From contig NC_134031.1 of the NCBI RefSeq assembly GCF_964204645.1, positions 14,495,807 through 14,559,806 on the forward strand: a DNA stretch of 64,000 nucleotides. Reading direction: 5' to 3'. The position numbers and the translations under genes were made by a program. Origin of the DNA: Tubulanus polymorphus. Its lineage: Eukaryota > Animalia > Nemertea. Below, piece by piece: positions 21,439 to 35,100 of the stretch; the first letter of the stretch is position 1; each line of letters starts with the position of its first letter. The notes beneath the pieces are model-generated. The model did not search any database and was not told the DNA's origin. It was given only the letters and a program-made list of their open reading frames with translations.

Positions 21439-23275
21439 TATAAAAACGTTCACCAGCGTGAAACTTTTTTTATTTTCAAAGATACAGACCATCACAACCA
21501 GCGAGAAACTTGTCGGAAATGTTCTGAAGTTTTGATTCATATAAGATATGATAAACGGAATCTGCTGTCTTTGAGTGAATTTCCAATTTCTTCCGACTTG
21601 ACAGGTTTTCGTCAAATCTGCGAAATTGTGTTTTGAGAGCTAAAAAGTAAAACATTTTTTTCCAAATCCAGTCAATATTTTTTGGTTTTTCTCTATGGCT
21701 TATATTTTCGCCGTTTGATGACAATTTTTTGATTGGTAGTTTTATTTCCTATCGTCGGAATATGGAGAAACGGGTGATTTTTACCATGACATATTGACAA
21801 TCGATGGCGAAAAAAGCTAATTTTTGGATTGGAAAAAGTACAACGATTTTTTTAAAGCTACCCATACTTATTTTATATCATCGATTCGCAAATTTTTCAA
21901 ATAAAATGATGGTAACGACAAAATTTTGATTTTACTTATGATATTTTAATAATAACAGTTAGAAGATGTTACGGCTTCAGAAATGCAGTTAATTGTTGCC
22001 AACGATAATTATCAGAACTCGCGCGTGCGTAATTTTCGTTCAGTTCGACTGATAGTCGAACTCGTTTTCCGATTTTCTCGACTACCCAAACTGGCGGGGT
22101 AGTCTAGGAATAGGCCAATGGAAACGCCGCTTGATCTCATTACAATAGGAGTCGGGCAAAGTTTCTGTTTGCCACGGCTGCGCGGTGACTCCACCGACAC
22201 AACATGCGGTTAATCGCACTAGGCAGTTACGTGCAAAACGCACAGAAAACTGCGCGAATTATTATCTGAAAATGAATTACCAAATCGTATTAGCTGGGAA
22301 AATTCGTTTTGGATATTACAGAAATCCGCGCGACGCAGAAGGTTACAAGAAAATACTATAGAACTCAAATCAAATTGATTTGAGTTCGATGAAAATACGC
22401 AGCTTTTCAGCAGCGTGGCACTCGATCCTTGGTAAAATATCTATATGCTTTTTCAGTTTTTTTTTTCTCGAGCAGCGCAGCGGGCACATCGAGTCGATAA
22501 CAGCACCGATTCAAAGAAATAACTATGATAATCACAGGAAAATAATCACAGGACGTGAAAATTGCCGCCACGTTTGTGTGGACCCGCATATAAATATATT
22601 CTATCGATTTAACAATTGCAATTTCACAAGAAGACAAAATTACCGAGTATGCTGCTCAGAGTTAAGCTGCTGCTGCGGAAATTGACTCCATCCCTATGAT
22701 AGAGCGTCCAATGCAATGTTATATTATATATATATTTTAAGTATATATTTGAATTTCAATTCTTTCTTCACAGATGAGTTTAGGCCTACAATTTGAACAT
22801 ATGTTCAGTTCATTCCAAATCTCATAACGAATTTTATTCATGAACTTTTAAACCAGTAAACCAGAGTCCGGACTTTAAATCGATTTTCTGTTATATCTCA
22901 TAAAAATACCTGAATCTTTTTTTCTTTTTCTTAATGCATAAATCAGAAAGGAATCTTTTTTTCTCAGGGCGCTTCCGTACCAATCATCAGACGCAATCCT
23001 CGAAAGTTTTACTATATATTTAAAATTATGAGAGTGGTTTTATATAAGGAAAATAGTAACGCAACGTGTGCTAATAACTTCCAAATCGACAAATCAATTT
23101 GCGAACGTAATTTCACCCGGGTAAAGCATTGGTTAACGGGAAATGCTTTTGATTCGTTCGAAATCAATGTATCCTGAAACAACAGAGCTTTGGACATAAC
23201 TGGTGTCCGTGTACCGTCTTCATTTTTGCCAGTTTGAGTTTGCATGATGAAAGCATACGTTGATATTGAGATGTG

Positions 23276-24259
23276 ATGGCTGCAAAGAACATAAGCCGCG
23301 AAGAAGCGTGTGCACAACAATATGACGAATGGTCTGTTCGGTTCTATATCAATGTCTTCGTACTGCCGCCGATTATGGCAGCGGGTTGGGCGATGAACTG
23401 TTTCGTAGTCGCCACCTTAATTCGGCTGAAATCTACTCACCCGTCGATTCATCTGTTAAAATGTTTGGCTGTTGCAGATATGGGTTATCTATTTGGACAT
23501 TTCCTTGCCGATACTTTACGATATGTGTTGTTTTATATTTACTATGGTGATTTCGTATTCATCGACCCCTTCCACATTTACCCTAAAATGTACATCTATG
23601 GCACAATTCAAATTCGCAATGGATTTATGAATATTCGTAACTGGTTGACAGTTTTTATACAATTTGAACGATTCATAACGATTTTATTTCCGTTAAAGGC
23701 AGGTCGATTTTGGACTAAATCTCGTATGAATCGCATAATTTTCTCTTATTCTGTGTGTGCCTTTTTGTGGTATATTTACTATCCTATAACTTTAAAGGTA
23801 GAAAATTACATGGACCCTTGTCATGGGTTGAACAATCGACTTGTGAGAAGATATCCCAAGGAATATGTTACATTGAACAAACTGTTAGATCCTATCATCA
23901 GACTGGTTGTTCCTGCTTTGCTAATTCTTATTGTAAATACATGTCTTATTTTGACCCTTTATATCAAATTCAAACAGCGGAATGAATTATCGACCACACA
24001 AAAACAAGTGAGTGTCGGTGACTCTAAGGCAACGCGTATGGTGATATCGATGAGCATTACCTTTCTGATTATGGAACTGCCTGGGACATTTTCGAAGCTG
24101 AGGTCATACATTAGCCCAAATTCTGTAATATGGGAGGTAGCAATGGATATTGCTTACGTAACAAGTGACTTAAATTCATGTTTTAATTTTATTCTTTATT
24201 GTGCAGTTAATAAACAATTTTTACAGACGTTACGACGAATTTTGATCGCCTGTACTTAA
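23276..24259 (+). CDS. Intronless rhodopsin-family GPCR, FMRFamide/sex-peptide-receptor-like (possibly chemoreceptor-type)
   Basis: Seven hydrophobic segments; TM2 'LKCLAVADMGYL', TM3 'FERFITILFPLKA', TM6 'FLIMELP', TM7 'NSCFNFILYC...F'. The first ATG is at 23276 (the track starts at GTG 23273). Confidence 0.88.
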   Translation: MAAKNISREEACAQQYDEWSVRFYINVFVLPPIMAAGWAMNCFVVATLIRLKSTHPSIHLLKCLAVADMGYLFGHFLADTLRYVLFYIYYGDFVFIDPFHIYPKMYIYGTIQIRNGFMNIRNWLTVFIQFERFITILFPLKAGRFWTKSRMNRIIFSYSVCAFLWYIYYPITLKVENYMDPCHGLNNRLVRRYPKEYVTLNKLLDPIIRLVVPALLILIVNTCLILTLYIKFKQRNELSTTQKQVSVGDSKATRMVISMSITFLIMELPGTFSKLRSYISPNSVIWEVAMDIAYVTSDLNSCFNFILYCAVNKQFLQTLRRILIACT

Positions 24260-25086
24260 ATCAAAGCTTTTTTGCTTTTTCTGCAATTTATATGGTTTCA
24301 GATCAGACCTAGACCCACAGTTATGTCAAATCCCATTGGTTTACCTCGGAGTTAGGGTCGTGAAACCAAGTCACAGTTTAAAGTAGTTAGTTGAAGATTA
24401 ATTATAATCAAAACTATCAAATAATCGGTCCTATTAATAAGATTTTAAAACATGTACTTATCCAGCAATTTGCTGACATAATAAACCAGTCTAAGTCTTT
24501 AGTCGCTAAAAAGTATAACAACATAACAGCTTAAGAGTAAGCTTATCACCCACAGCATAACTCGACTGGAAGTTCTGTAAAAACAAATTCTCAGTTTTTT
24601 GACAATTTAGACGAACATGAATTTACACGCACAGCTATGTTCCTATTTCATTATATGATTTTCATCAAAGACAGTCTGCTTATTGAAATGCAACATTTTT
24701 CCACAGGAGGCATGTCGAACATCAAAAATGAATACGACGGTACATCCGGCCGGTACCGGCGTAGGCAAAAAGCCCTAAACGTGGTACCGTAGCAGGGTGG
24801 AGATCGGCATCACTAAGTTTATTTTTCTAGGGAAATCAAATGAATACTGGTTGAACTGTGACACTGGTACGGTACCGACAGTAGAATCACTTATCCTGAT
24901 TTTGTGCGTAGACTAGTGACATCCCGCCCAGCGGGTGCAGAAGAGAGACCACGGTGCCGGTGGGGGGACTAAAATCTCACGAGACTTTCCGAGCCAGCCA
25001 ACGCCGTTGGGGTAGTAATCTAATATCTAGCCGTTCTTCCTCAATCAAGGGGAGTAACAACGTGATATAGGGGACCGTAGTTAGTT

Positions 25087-25450
25087 AGTAATAGGGAATA
25101 AGTTGTTTCAGGCCAAAGGTCGGGTTGAGCACACTCTCCCCATAACAACCTTTGACCTGAAACAACTTATTCCCTATTACTCTTGAAATATTCATATATG
25201 AACATTATTTAAATGAATTTCATATATTTTGAAATAAATATTCATGTTTTAAAAGTGAGAGTAAAATGTTAGCATAATAATCTAGAAAAATAAGATCATA
25301 TATAGATTTCAGCAATAAAAATTCAATTTTAAACATAAGTGTGAGTAAAGTGTGAGTAAGATAATTCATATTTAAAACATTGAATATTTATATTCATATG
25401 TGTTAAATTCTAACACACGTGAGTTTCGTTCATTTTCATGTTTTATTTTT
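25087..25450. mobile_element. Relic of a related Polinton-like family (paired termini plus subterminal sequence)
   Basis: AGTAATAGGGAATAAGTTGTTTCAGGCCAAAGGT at 25087 with its inverted copy ending at 25181, then 'atgaatttcatatatttt', 'aagtgtgagtaaagtgtgagta', 'ttgaatatttatattcatatgtgttaaattct', all shared with the TIR at 16007-16300. Confidence 0.7.
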
Positions 25451-26169
25451 ATTCCATTCAGTGACGTTTTTCTATAATGGCCATGTGAAAATCCGACTTG
25501 CCCATAGTCGGATTTTTTCTAACTCGGATTTTTTGCTGGTTCCAAATGATCCAGCTTATGCGAGAATTAATCTCGGGGTAGATGGCGCATGCGAAATGTG
25601 GTTCAATAAGATCTCCTGTTTTTGAAAATAATTGTAAATACTGTTTTTCCTCCATATACCATGGAAATAGTTGAAGTTTAATAAATAGTTGTCGCATTGC
25701 AATCTTTCAATCACGGAAATTTAATAGTTCAACCAAATTCCAAAAGGTGGCGAACACATCACTACGAGAAATCTTCATATTTTGGTATTATGACCACTCT
25801 GAATCAGTATCACACCAAGGACACTCCAGTATATCTTCTATTCAACATCAGCATAAATCTGATCGAATTAGTATCAGCAATTACGGGGTTTGAACCAAAA
25901 CACCCCAGTATTCAGGTTAGAGGGCAGCACCTGCGGGTAACCCAAAAGTGACATTACGGTACAATTTGGGGCCGTTTAACTTTCTCGGTTTTGTTACGGT
26001 ACCTTCCTTTAGGTTAAAATAACAAATGGTGGCTTTTTGAAACGCGGAAATTAGGATCGAGACGGTTTGTTACATCTTACATCAGTCTTTTGACAGCTTT
26101 TGCGTTTCGTTGAAATAAGACGTCATTTGGAACCGATTTTTCTACAAGCTGAAATTGATAATTAGGATA

Positions 26170-29100
26170 ATGAGTGAATTTTGGAGGGGAAGAAGAGGTA
26201 GAGGAGGAGGCTCTGGCAGTCAAGGAGGAGGAAGAGGGAACAGATACTATCATTCAACAGGTAATCACCACACACAGACCCTGGACTGACCTGTTGGAGT
26301 AAATACTGAATAGACCTAAGCATGCCACGACTACATCTTCTATCTACTCCACGACTAGTTAGTTACCTAATCGTTGGTGGTAAGCTTTTTATAATCGGAT
26401 GGGCTTATACCAACGTTAGGGATGACAAGGACCAAAACACGGTTGAAAAAAGTAACACTTCAAAAATATACTTTCTATTCACTTCAGTCTACAATTAATG
26501 GCTTAATTCACAAACTAACACAGGTACCTTTCGAAATAATCCAATTTTATGTATGTTTCGAGTGATTAATCAACATTATTTTGAGAAATTAATTAATTTC
26601 TCCACAAATTTCGCCATTGGCCGCCATTTCTCTGTATTGCACATGTGGCATGATAAGACAAGGGGACCTACAAGGATTTATATAAAACTTCTAAGACGAA
26701 ACGACAATTTTTATTTTTGATGGTTTTCCAACTTACATTTCAAATCTTCGTGTTTTCCAAGATAAATAATGAAGTAATAAATTTTGGTAAAAGAAAAATG
26801 GGAATAAGTGTTGATTTCTTAATTTTTTCAATTTCGTCGTTTCGCTTCGTGAGTTTGTGCTGTTGTCCTGGCCTCAGTCCACAGGTGCCAGCACCTCCAG
26901 TAATTTTCAAAATGGCAGCTGTTGACTGGACGGAAATTTACTCTCACTTTACGGCCGATTTGCACATGGATTAAGATCGTCAGGTGAGGTGTTATAGGTA
27001 TCAGACAAACTACGAATCTGTTGTGCGTCGATTACAGCAAAAATTAGACGGATATCTTAAGAGACAATGAAATGCCAGGCAAATTACTCGTCAGTCAAAT
27101 TGGCTGACGAAGATTTCATACAAAAATGACCTTCCCATTCCTGACTGTGGTTTGTGAAAATATCCGATCGTGAAACTAAACCACAGACAGGTTACTGACT
27201 ACTCCACGACAGACCACAGGGGCTCGTCACGATAGCTGGGGGTCCAAAATCAAAGATTTGACCCAGTATCCTAGGTATCCTAAAATAGGTATTCTTTTTT
27301 GATAGGTGGTACCTAGGATAGGGATTTCAAGTGAAAATTTTCCAAACACTATAGAAACAATTTAAAGGGCCTAAATGAAAGAAGGGTTTAATATAAGATC
27401 ATAGCAATTTACAGAACTAAAATCGGTTGAGCCGTTCAAAAGTTACGAAGGAATTTGTCGGCTGAAAATCGCACTTCTCAGCCATAGAGTCTTCATTAGG
27501 AAATGAACTAAAGGTCATAAGGTCAAATGGTGACCAAATGATCAATTTCTTAGTTAAGAAACAATTGAAAGTAGAAAAGAAACTTGTATATCTTTGGGAA
27601 TTGTCATCCGATTTCAATCAAACTTGGGGAAAAATCAGAATAATAGTTTCCCTATTGATTATAAAACTTAAACTAATAATTAATTAAGCCAATTAAGGGT
27701 AATTAGCTTAATTAATTGGCTCATTGCCAGATCCAGGTATTCATCAGCTAAAAGCAGAAGATAAATGTTTACTTATTTGTGTTACAACTTTACAGGGATA
27801 AATATATGCGACCATAAATTGTTGCAGACCTCGCAACACATAGAAATTGGTTGCCATGGTAACCACTATAGCAACAATTGATTCTTGGGATCAATATGGT
27901 TGCCGGCGCTCGGAAAGTATTTCAAACCCAAAAACGCATCATGATTGGTATCAAAATGACCGTATTTATCCCAGCTTCCTCTATTTAATCAGGATTCATG
28001 CATTCAGTTGATTGGTAAGAAAATATTAGAGATCGAATAAGAATTCTTGAATTTCAAATTTAGGCCAAGTTGCGTTAGGCCTATAGGATCTTCATAGCTG
28101 AAGAAGATCCAGAAGGAACCTTTATGGTATATAAAGTACTCGAAGAAGGATTTATTAATTTACACTTTTATCTTTTGCAGGTGACTCCAAGAAATATGGT
28201 GAAGTTAAATAAGCCGAACCCATGTTGAAAAAATCATTATGCGAAATGTAGAATTGTAGGCAAATCCCTTAAAGCTTAGGCCTACCACTGGCTGAAGGGA
28301 GTAATTTAAACTGCAACCTTCTTATCTGAATAAGCTTCAATAGATAAGTTAATGGATTTGTGGATTGAGAATTTGATTGCTTGTAATTAATAAAATACAG
28401 CAATTAGAAATTTTGTGGCGGCCCAAGTCCAAAGATGTTCATAAGAGTTTGGCCATTTCAATTGTAGCTTATAGTTGATTAGTAAAACATAAATAAATTA
28501 TTATTTGATAAATAAATATTGTATTTTCATTTCAGTTTAGTTGTTATATGGTCAGTTTTATTGGGGAGAGGCAGGGGGCTCATCTAGCTGCTTTTTCAGT
28601 GTGATTGATGAGCCGAGCGAGGTAGGCCTAAAAGGCCTTCAGAATAACACACGGGATTTCTTTAGCTTCATCGGTTACATCAACCCCAAAGTTGCTCAAA
28701 ATAAAATTATTATCATAAACTTCATTGATCCTGGGAGAAAATGACTTAAAACAACTTAAAACTAGCGTAAACAGCTGATTTACACATGTAAACAAACGCT
28801 AACGCGAACCCGGAAGTGAATGAAAATGCCCGGATGTAGCAATTTTTTCGATACTTCCCAACTTTACAGCAATTTCCGGGGAAGACGGCTTAACGAATCA
28901 AACTAAAACCTTTTGCTATATACACTAAAACTACTATATTTTTACACCTGGGGGAGAACTAATTTCTAAATTTCATAATTTGATGAAATATATTGCATTT
29001 AAAACTTTATAGTGTCGCAAAATCGGTCAAATTGCCGGTACAAACAAGTACGGCATACCTGGATGTCAATCAAGAACTTTTGAAAACACCTGTGAAGGTT

Positions 29101-32100
29101 TCGTGATCCTCAGTCCCGCCCCTTTTTTGCGAGATCGCCTAGAGGTTGGGCATCTCAAAACTGCATTTTTCGAAATCCGCGGTGAAGAGTACACGCGCAC
29201 CTGTCAATCAACAATCTATAGTTGGCTAGAGTCCAACAGCTTGTAACTCGCGAACTACGCCGCGCATCAACATCGAATTTTCAACACAGTACAAGATGCT
29301 TATTATCTTCCCTCGAAAATTTAGTTCAAGTAAATCGGATGACAATTACTGAATTTATCAAGTTCATAACTTTTGAAGTGGGAAAAAACGGCACTATGGC
29401 CGGTTTTGATCACGTGATCTGAAAACCCTACCTAGGATACTGGGTCAAATCTTTGATTTTGGACCCCCAGCTATCGTGACGAGTCCCTGTGCGACAGACA
29501 GGACGAGAGCAGATTCACCTATACCTGTTGAGAACGACATGTGTTGGTTCTCCTATTTGATTCGTTGTTGTACCATCCCAGCTAGATTAATACATGGCTC
29601 GTGACTATCGGGTACCCAAATTCTATTTTTCTCTTGTTTTATATTAAAAGGAGGAGAAGAAAGTGCAGGTTCTTCTCACTGGAGCAGTCGCGGAGGAGCA
29701 GGAGGTCATCGGAAAGGAAAGAGAGGGTCAGCTGACCGAGATGGTGGAGGGGGTAGCAGTCGAGGCAGCAGGGGTCGGGGTAGAGGCAGGTATGTTGTTA
29801 GTTTGAATACCAGTCGTTGTTACGGGTTCATGAGGAACAACGGCTAAGTACTATGTGTGATGTCCCGGCCTGTCTACTGAACCCAGGACACCTTCCTGGC
29901 TGCTGGGCTGGGGACAGCTTCCTGTCTGCTTGGCCGCGGACACCTGCCTGTCCACTTCCACTGTGCCGGGGTTACCTTCCTGGCCGCTGGGCTGGGGACA
30001 CCTTCCCATCCGCTGGGCCTCGGACACCCTCCTGTCCGCTGGGCCTCGGACACCCTCCTGTCCGCTGGGCCTCGGACACCCTCCTGTCCACTGGGCTGGG
30101 AAAACTAATTACCGGTAAGTTTGATAAATGAGTGTAATTGATTTTTTTGCTAAAGGCCTCCCCCTGGACTGACTGGACGAGAGATTGGAATGTGGTATCG
30201 CGATCAAGGTTTAGCGAAACGAGCTGAAAATGATATCAAAACTGTGAGTAGTGATGAATTTCTTTTCAACTAGCTCCAGTACAATAATAGTCAAACTGGC
30301 TTGCAGTCTTCATTGGATCAGTCAATGCTTAATAACGGTACCGAAGTCATCTCTTAGATATTTTTGGTCTCAATTTGAGTATTTCCGAGTGTATCATTGG
30401 ATAACTTGTCAACATAGGGGCCTAATGATCGTCCCTACTTCAACGAAGCAGCAAGTTTAACTGTACTTTATAACAGCAGCATTTGCTGGGTAACCCTTTC
30501 AGTGCGTCTACACCGCAGTACGGTGTATGAATCGGTGATGGGTTTTGCTAGTACACCGCACTGCGGTGTATTGATGTAATTAGTAATTAGTAATTATCTC
30601 TCTTGAAAAATGGCAGCACCAGTCAAACATAGTGAAATATTAGTAACTAACGATACACCACACCATGGTGTAGACGCACTATAGAGGTATTCCCATTATT
30701 CAACACACTAGGGTGGAATTTCTCAAAATATTCAAATTATCTCCAGCACTATAAGGTATCAATTAGTCAGCACTGAAAGGGTTAATTGTTGATCAGATTA
30801 TTATAAGTTGCTGATCGTGTATTTTATTTCACAGCGTGTTGAAGTCAATATGGATTCGAGGGTAGAAAAACGTTTGCAGACGATAATCCGAGATATCAAA
30901 ACAGCGGAATCGGTACCGAAACAGGATTACCTCGGAATGCCACCCCCGCCTCGAGACTCCGACTCCTCCGAGGACGACTGGTGGAATAATGATTCTACGA
31001 CGCCCCCTAATGAGCGGAAACAACGACTGGTTCGGACAGAAACTCAAACCCGGGCGAACGCTTCAATGGAAGATGATTCTCACAGCGATGATGAAGATTT
31101 GGGGGAATTCGTCGATTTTTATCAATTGCGTTCGGAAGATTTATCGATTTATGATAAAGAGAGCATTGATATCTCACATATAGGTGCGTACGTCATACAG
31201 TCCCTGCTCGCTGAACCTCGTTGGTCCAGAACCTCGTCGGTCCAAAACCCTGTAAGTCCCGAACCCTGTTGGTTCAGAACCCTGTCATTCCAGTTTCAAT
31301 AAAATATAAATAACGAGACAAGTAGTACTATATAGGTTAGTTAGTTACCTAATCGTTGGAAGCTTTTTATAATCGGATGGTTTGTGGTTTGTGAAAATAT
31401 CCGATCGTGAAACCAAACCACAGACAGATTACTGACTATATATAGGTTATCTATTTATTTGATACACAAGCTTTCGTTGCTAGTGTATAGAAGCTTCATC
31501 AGGTGAATGAAAATTAAAAGTTAACCTATATAGTACTACTCGTCTCGTTAGTTATTCTAAACCCGGTTGACATGGCTACTCTATGAATCTTCTCAATGCA
31601 AAAGAGATTAACTCACTATTTCTGGTTCAATTGCTATTAATTACTTCACTGTTTCAAGTTGTCATAAGTTATTTGTCATTTGTACTGAAAATGAAATTTG
31701 AATTATTCTAAACTTTTACTTAGTCTAAAAGAAATTTTGAATTTGATGGAAATTTTCATTGTTTCTGTCCATAAATTTTGAGGAAAACTCTCAAACCGGA
31801 TTCTCTTCCTGTTAATGCAATTTTTCACGAGACACTTCGGCCCTGCAGTCTTCATTCAAGAACTCGAATGTTCGCTCTTGAATGAATTGCCTTTTTTTAT
31901 ATATAATGCACCTTCAGGACACTTTTTCTGCCAATTTCAACTTAATTAGGTGCGGGAGGCCTCCCGACCATAACTGATCGAACTGTCATAACTGTTCCTG
32001 TCGACTGGACCTCCTTCTATAAATATGTTGAACGAATTTGTTTGCTATGTATTAGAAACGGTTCAGAAGAATCCGAAGTTGGACGAAAAATTGAAAGTAG

Positions 32101-35100
32101 AATTTGAATTGAAGCGTAGCGAAGACCGCGGTTATCAGCGGATGCAAAAAGTCAGATCGAAGTTACCGTCGTTTCAAATGGCTGAGGTATGACTTCGAAA
32201 CTTGTTAATCTGTTCTAAATGATTTTACTAAACTGAATTTTACGAAGACAAATTTTCGTTCTGAATTTTTCCAGGATGTTTTATCGACCGTAAGAGAAAA
32301 TCAGGTCACGGTGATCAGCGGGGAAACAGGGTGTGGCAAAACTACACAGGTATCAAACTTTTTATATAAGCAGCAAATTCTTTATTGAAATCGCTCTTTG
32401 TCGCCTCCCCTCCCCATCATCATTTCATTTGAAAAATATGAAAATCCATTTTTTAACTGAAGGAAATTTTTACTAATCATTATCATTTCGGTACAAGACG
32501 AAATATTCAAATTGATAAGAAAAATGAAATGTTCCCTTTGAATTCAAACTGGATTGAATCTGGTTTTTTTTTTTAGGTGTCTCAGTTCATTTTGGATGAT
32601 TTTATAAAACGTGGCGAAGGATCTTTGTGTAAAGTGATATGTACTCAACCTCGTAGAATCAGTGCTATATCTGTGAGTATTATCTATAGGTGATTCTAAG
32701 CATAAACTGTAGAACTAGAATGTGCTGATTTAGAACTGGAATGACAGGGATGGATCTAGGGGGTGATCTCGGGGGTGGACCCCTGCCTTTCCACTGAGGT
32801 TGCCCTTTTCGTCATGACAAAGATTGTCAAAATCTGCAAATTTGACACTTCGGAAATTGCAAATTTTCGCATGAATTTCTTCAAAAATATCTAACACCGA
32901 TGGCGGGTCCCTGCTAGTAGACTGAAAATGCCTTTTCTTGTCTGGACCCCGGCCATCCAATTTTTCTAGGTCCGCCCCTGAATGTACTGATGTAGAACTG
33001 GCTGAGGCTCATGTTGTATTTTGTATTTTCTGGTCAGGTTGCTGAACGCGTTGCTGATGAACGATCTGAATCTTGCGGTGATGGAGGAAGTGTTGGATAT
33101 CAAATCAGATTAGACTGGTAACATGCACCATTACTCTTCTCTATCTCTCGTTCTCTCTCTTCCTCTCTCCTCTCTTATTTCTTCATTACCTTCCTCTTCG
33201 GCTTAAGATTGAGATTTCAGTTTTATTTTTCAGTAAGTTGCCCAGACAAAATGGTTCTATATTGTACTGTACGACTGGAATAGTTTTACAATGGCTTCAA
33301 TCGGATCCGTAAGTATTGACCAACACCTTCCCTTTGCAGCCAACCTAGGGGGGGGGGGGGGGCAGGATGGGGGCAGAAAAATCTTGAAAATATCAGGGAA
33401 AAACTCAGAGAATTTGACAAATTTTACCAGAAACCTGAACTTGGATAATTTGGATAATTCTATTAACTACAATTTCTTTACCAGTACGTGATTGGATGAA
33501 AAATAAATGAATTGTTACATTTTAAACCTGGAAGGGTTTCAGTCTAGTCCGCACCCTGCTGATACTACCCTCTATTGATTATGTTTATGAATTTAATTAC
33601 AGATTATTGAAGAGGGTCAGTCATATAATCCTCGATGAGATTCATGAGAGAGATTTACAGTCTGATTTCCTGATGATTATTTTAAAAGATCTGCTACCGC
33701 TTCGACCTAAACTGAAACTCATTTTGATGAGCGCTACTTTAAACGCTGAGAAATTCTCACGATATTTTGGTAAGTCAAGAATTTGATGATAATTCAATCA
33801 AATTCAGTTTAAGATCCTTTACCGTTACTATTTGTGTTGTTCTAGGCCCAGTTTCACAAGAAAGTTTAACTCAAATTTTTGTCGAAATTGTTATTGGTTA
33901 CTTCGTATTTTCAATGAGGACAACAATTCAAATTTAACCTTTTTTAGGCTCACACTTTTTCGTGAAACTGGGCCCCGGCGGTCAAAATTTCAAACTTAGG
34001 TGACAACTGTGTGGAACTGTCGAGAGCTGTGGAACTGGGTCCATAACTGTGGAACTGGGCCCATAACTGTGGAATTGGATCCATAACTGTGGAACTGGGT
34101 CCAGTGAAACTTTGTAACTGGGTCTAGTGGAGCTGGGTCCAGTGGATTGTGGAACTAGGTTCTGATTATGGGATTTGGGCAAAATCATGAAACTGTTAGA
34201 ACAAGATATTTCTTTCTTTCAGTTGTGCCGGGACTTTTATTTCAAATCTTAATAAACGCAATAAATGTTGTTTGTTTTATTCTAACAGGAGATTGCCCGA
34301 TGTTAAACATCCCTGGTTTTACCCATCCCGTTAAAGAGTACATGCTCGAGGACGTTATTCAGATGATCAAGTAAGATTTCAAAATTCAACCCGATCGTAT
34401 TGTTTCACTATTGCAAAAAAACGGTTACCGCAGTAACCGATGGTGTGATTATTTTTTTCGTATCAGTTACGTTCCGTCGGAGAAGAAAACTCGTCAATCG
34501 AAATTACGTGGAACTCGAGAAGAGAAACAAAAACAAATATTAGAAATGGAGAAATATCATCATTGGATCGATTCATTGAGGTTTGATTTGATTAACCCTT
34601 TCAGTGCGTCTACACCACAGTGCGGTGTATAAATCAGTGATAGATTTTGCTAGTACACCGCACTGCGGTGTATTGATGTAATTAGTAATTATCTCTCTTG
34701 AAAAATGGCAGCACGTGTCAAACATAGTGAAATACTGGTAACTAACGGTACACCGCACCGCAGTATAGACGCACTATAGTGCTATTCCTGTTATTCAACA
34801 CACTAGGGTTGAATTTTTCAGAATTTTCAAATTATCTCCAGCAACTATAGGGTATTAATTAGTCAGCACTGAAAGGGTTAATTGTTTGATCGATTAACTG
34901 ATTGATTAATGAAATGATTGGGCAACTGATTGAGTGATTGATTGATCAATCGATCGATTGATGATTGATTTTGATGACTGATCGATGATTGATCAATTAT
35001 TGATTCAGAGTTAGAATTGGGTGTTTTTTTTTTTTAATTTCAGAGGTTCAAACTATTCTGCTCAAACTGTCGAAGTTTTGCACAGATTGGATATTAGTTT

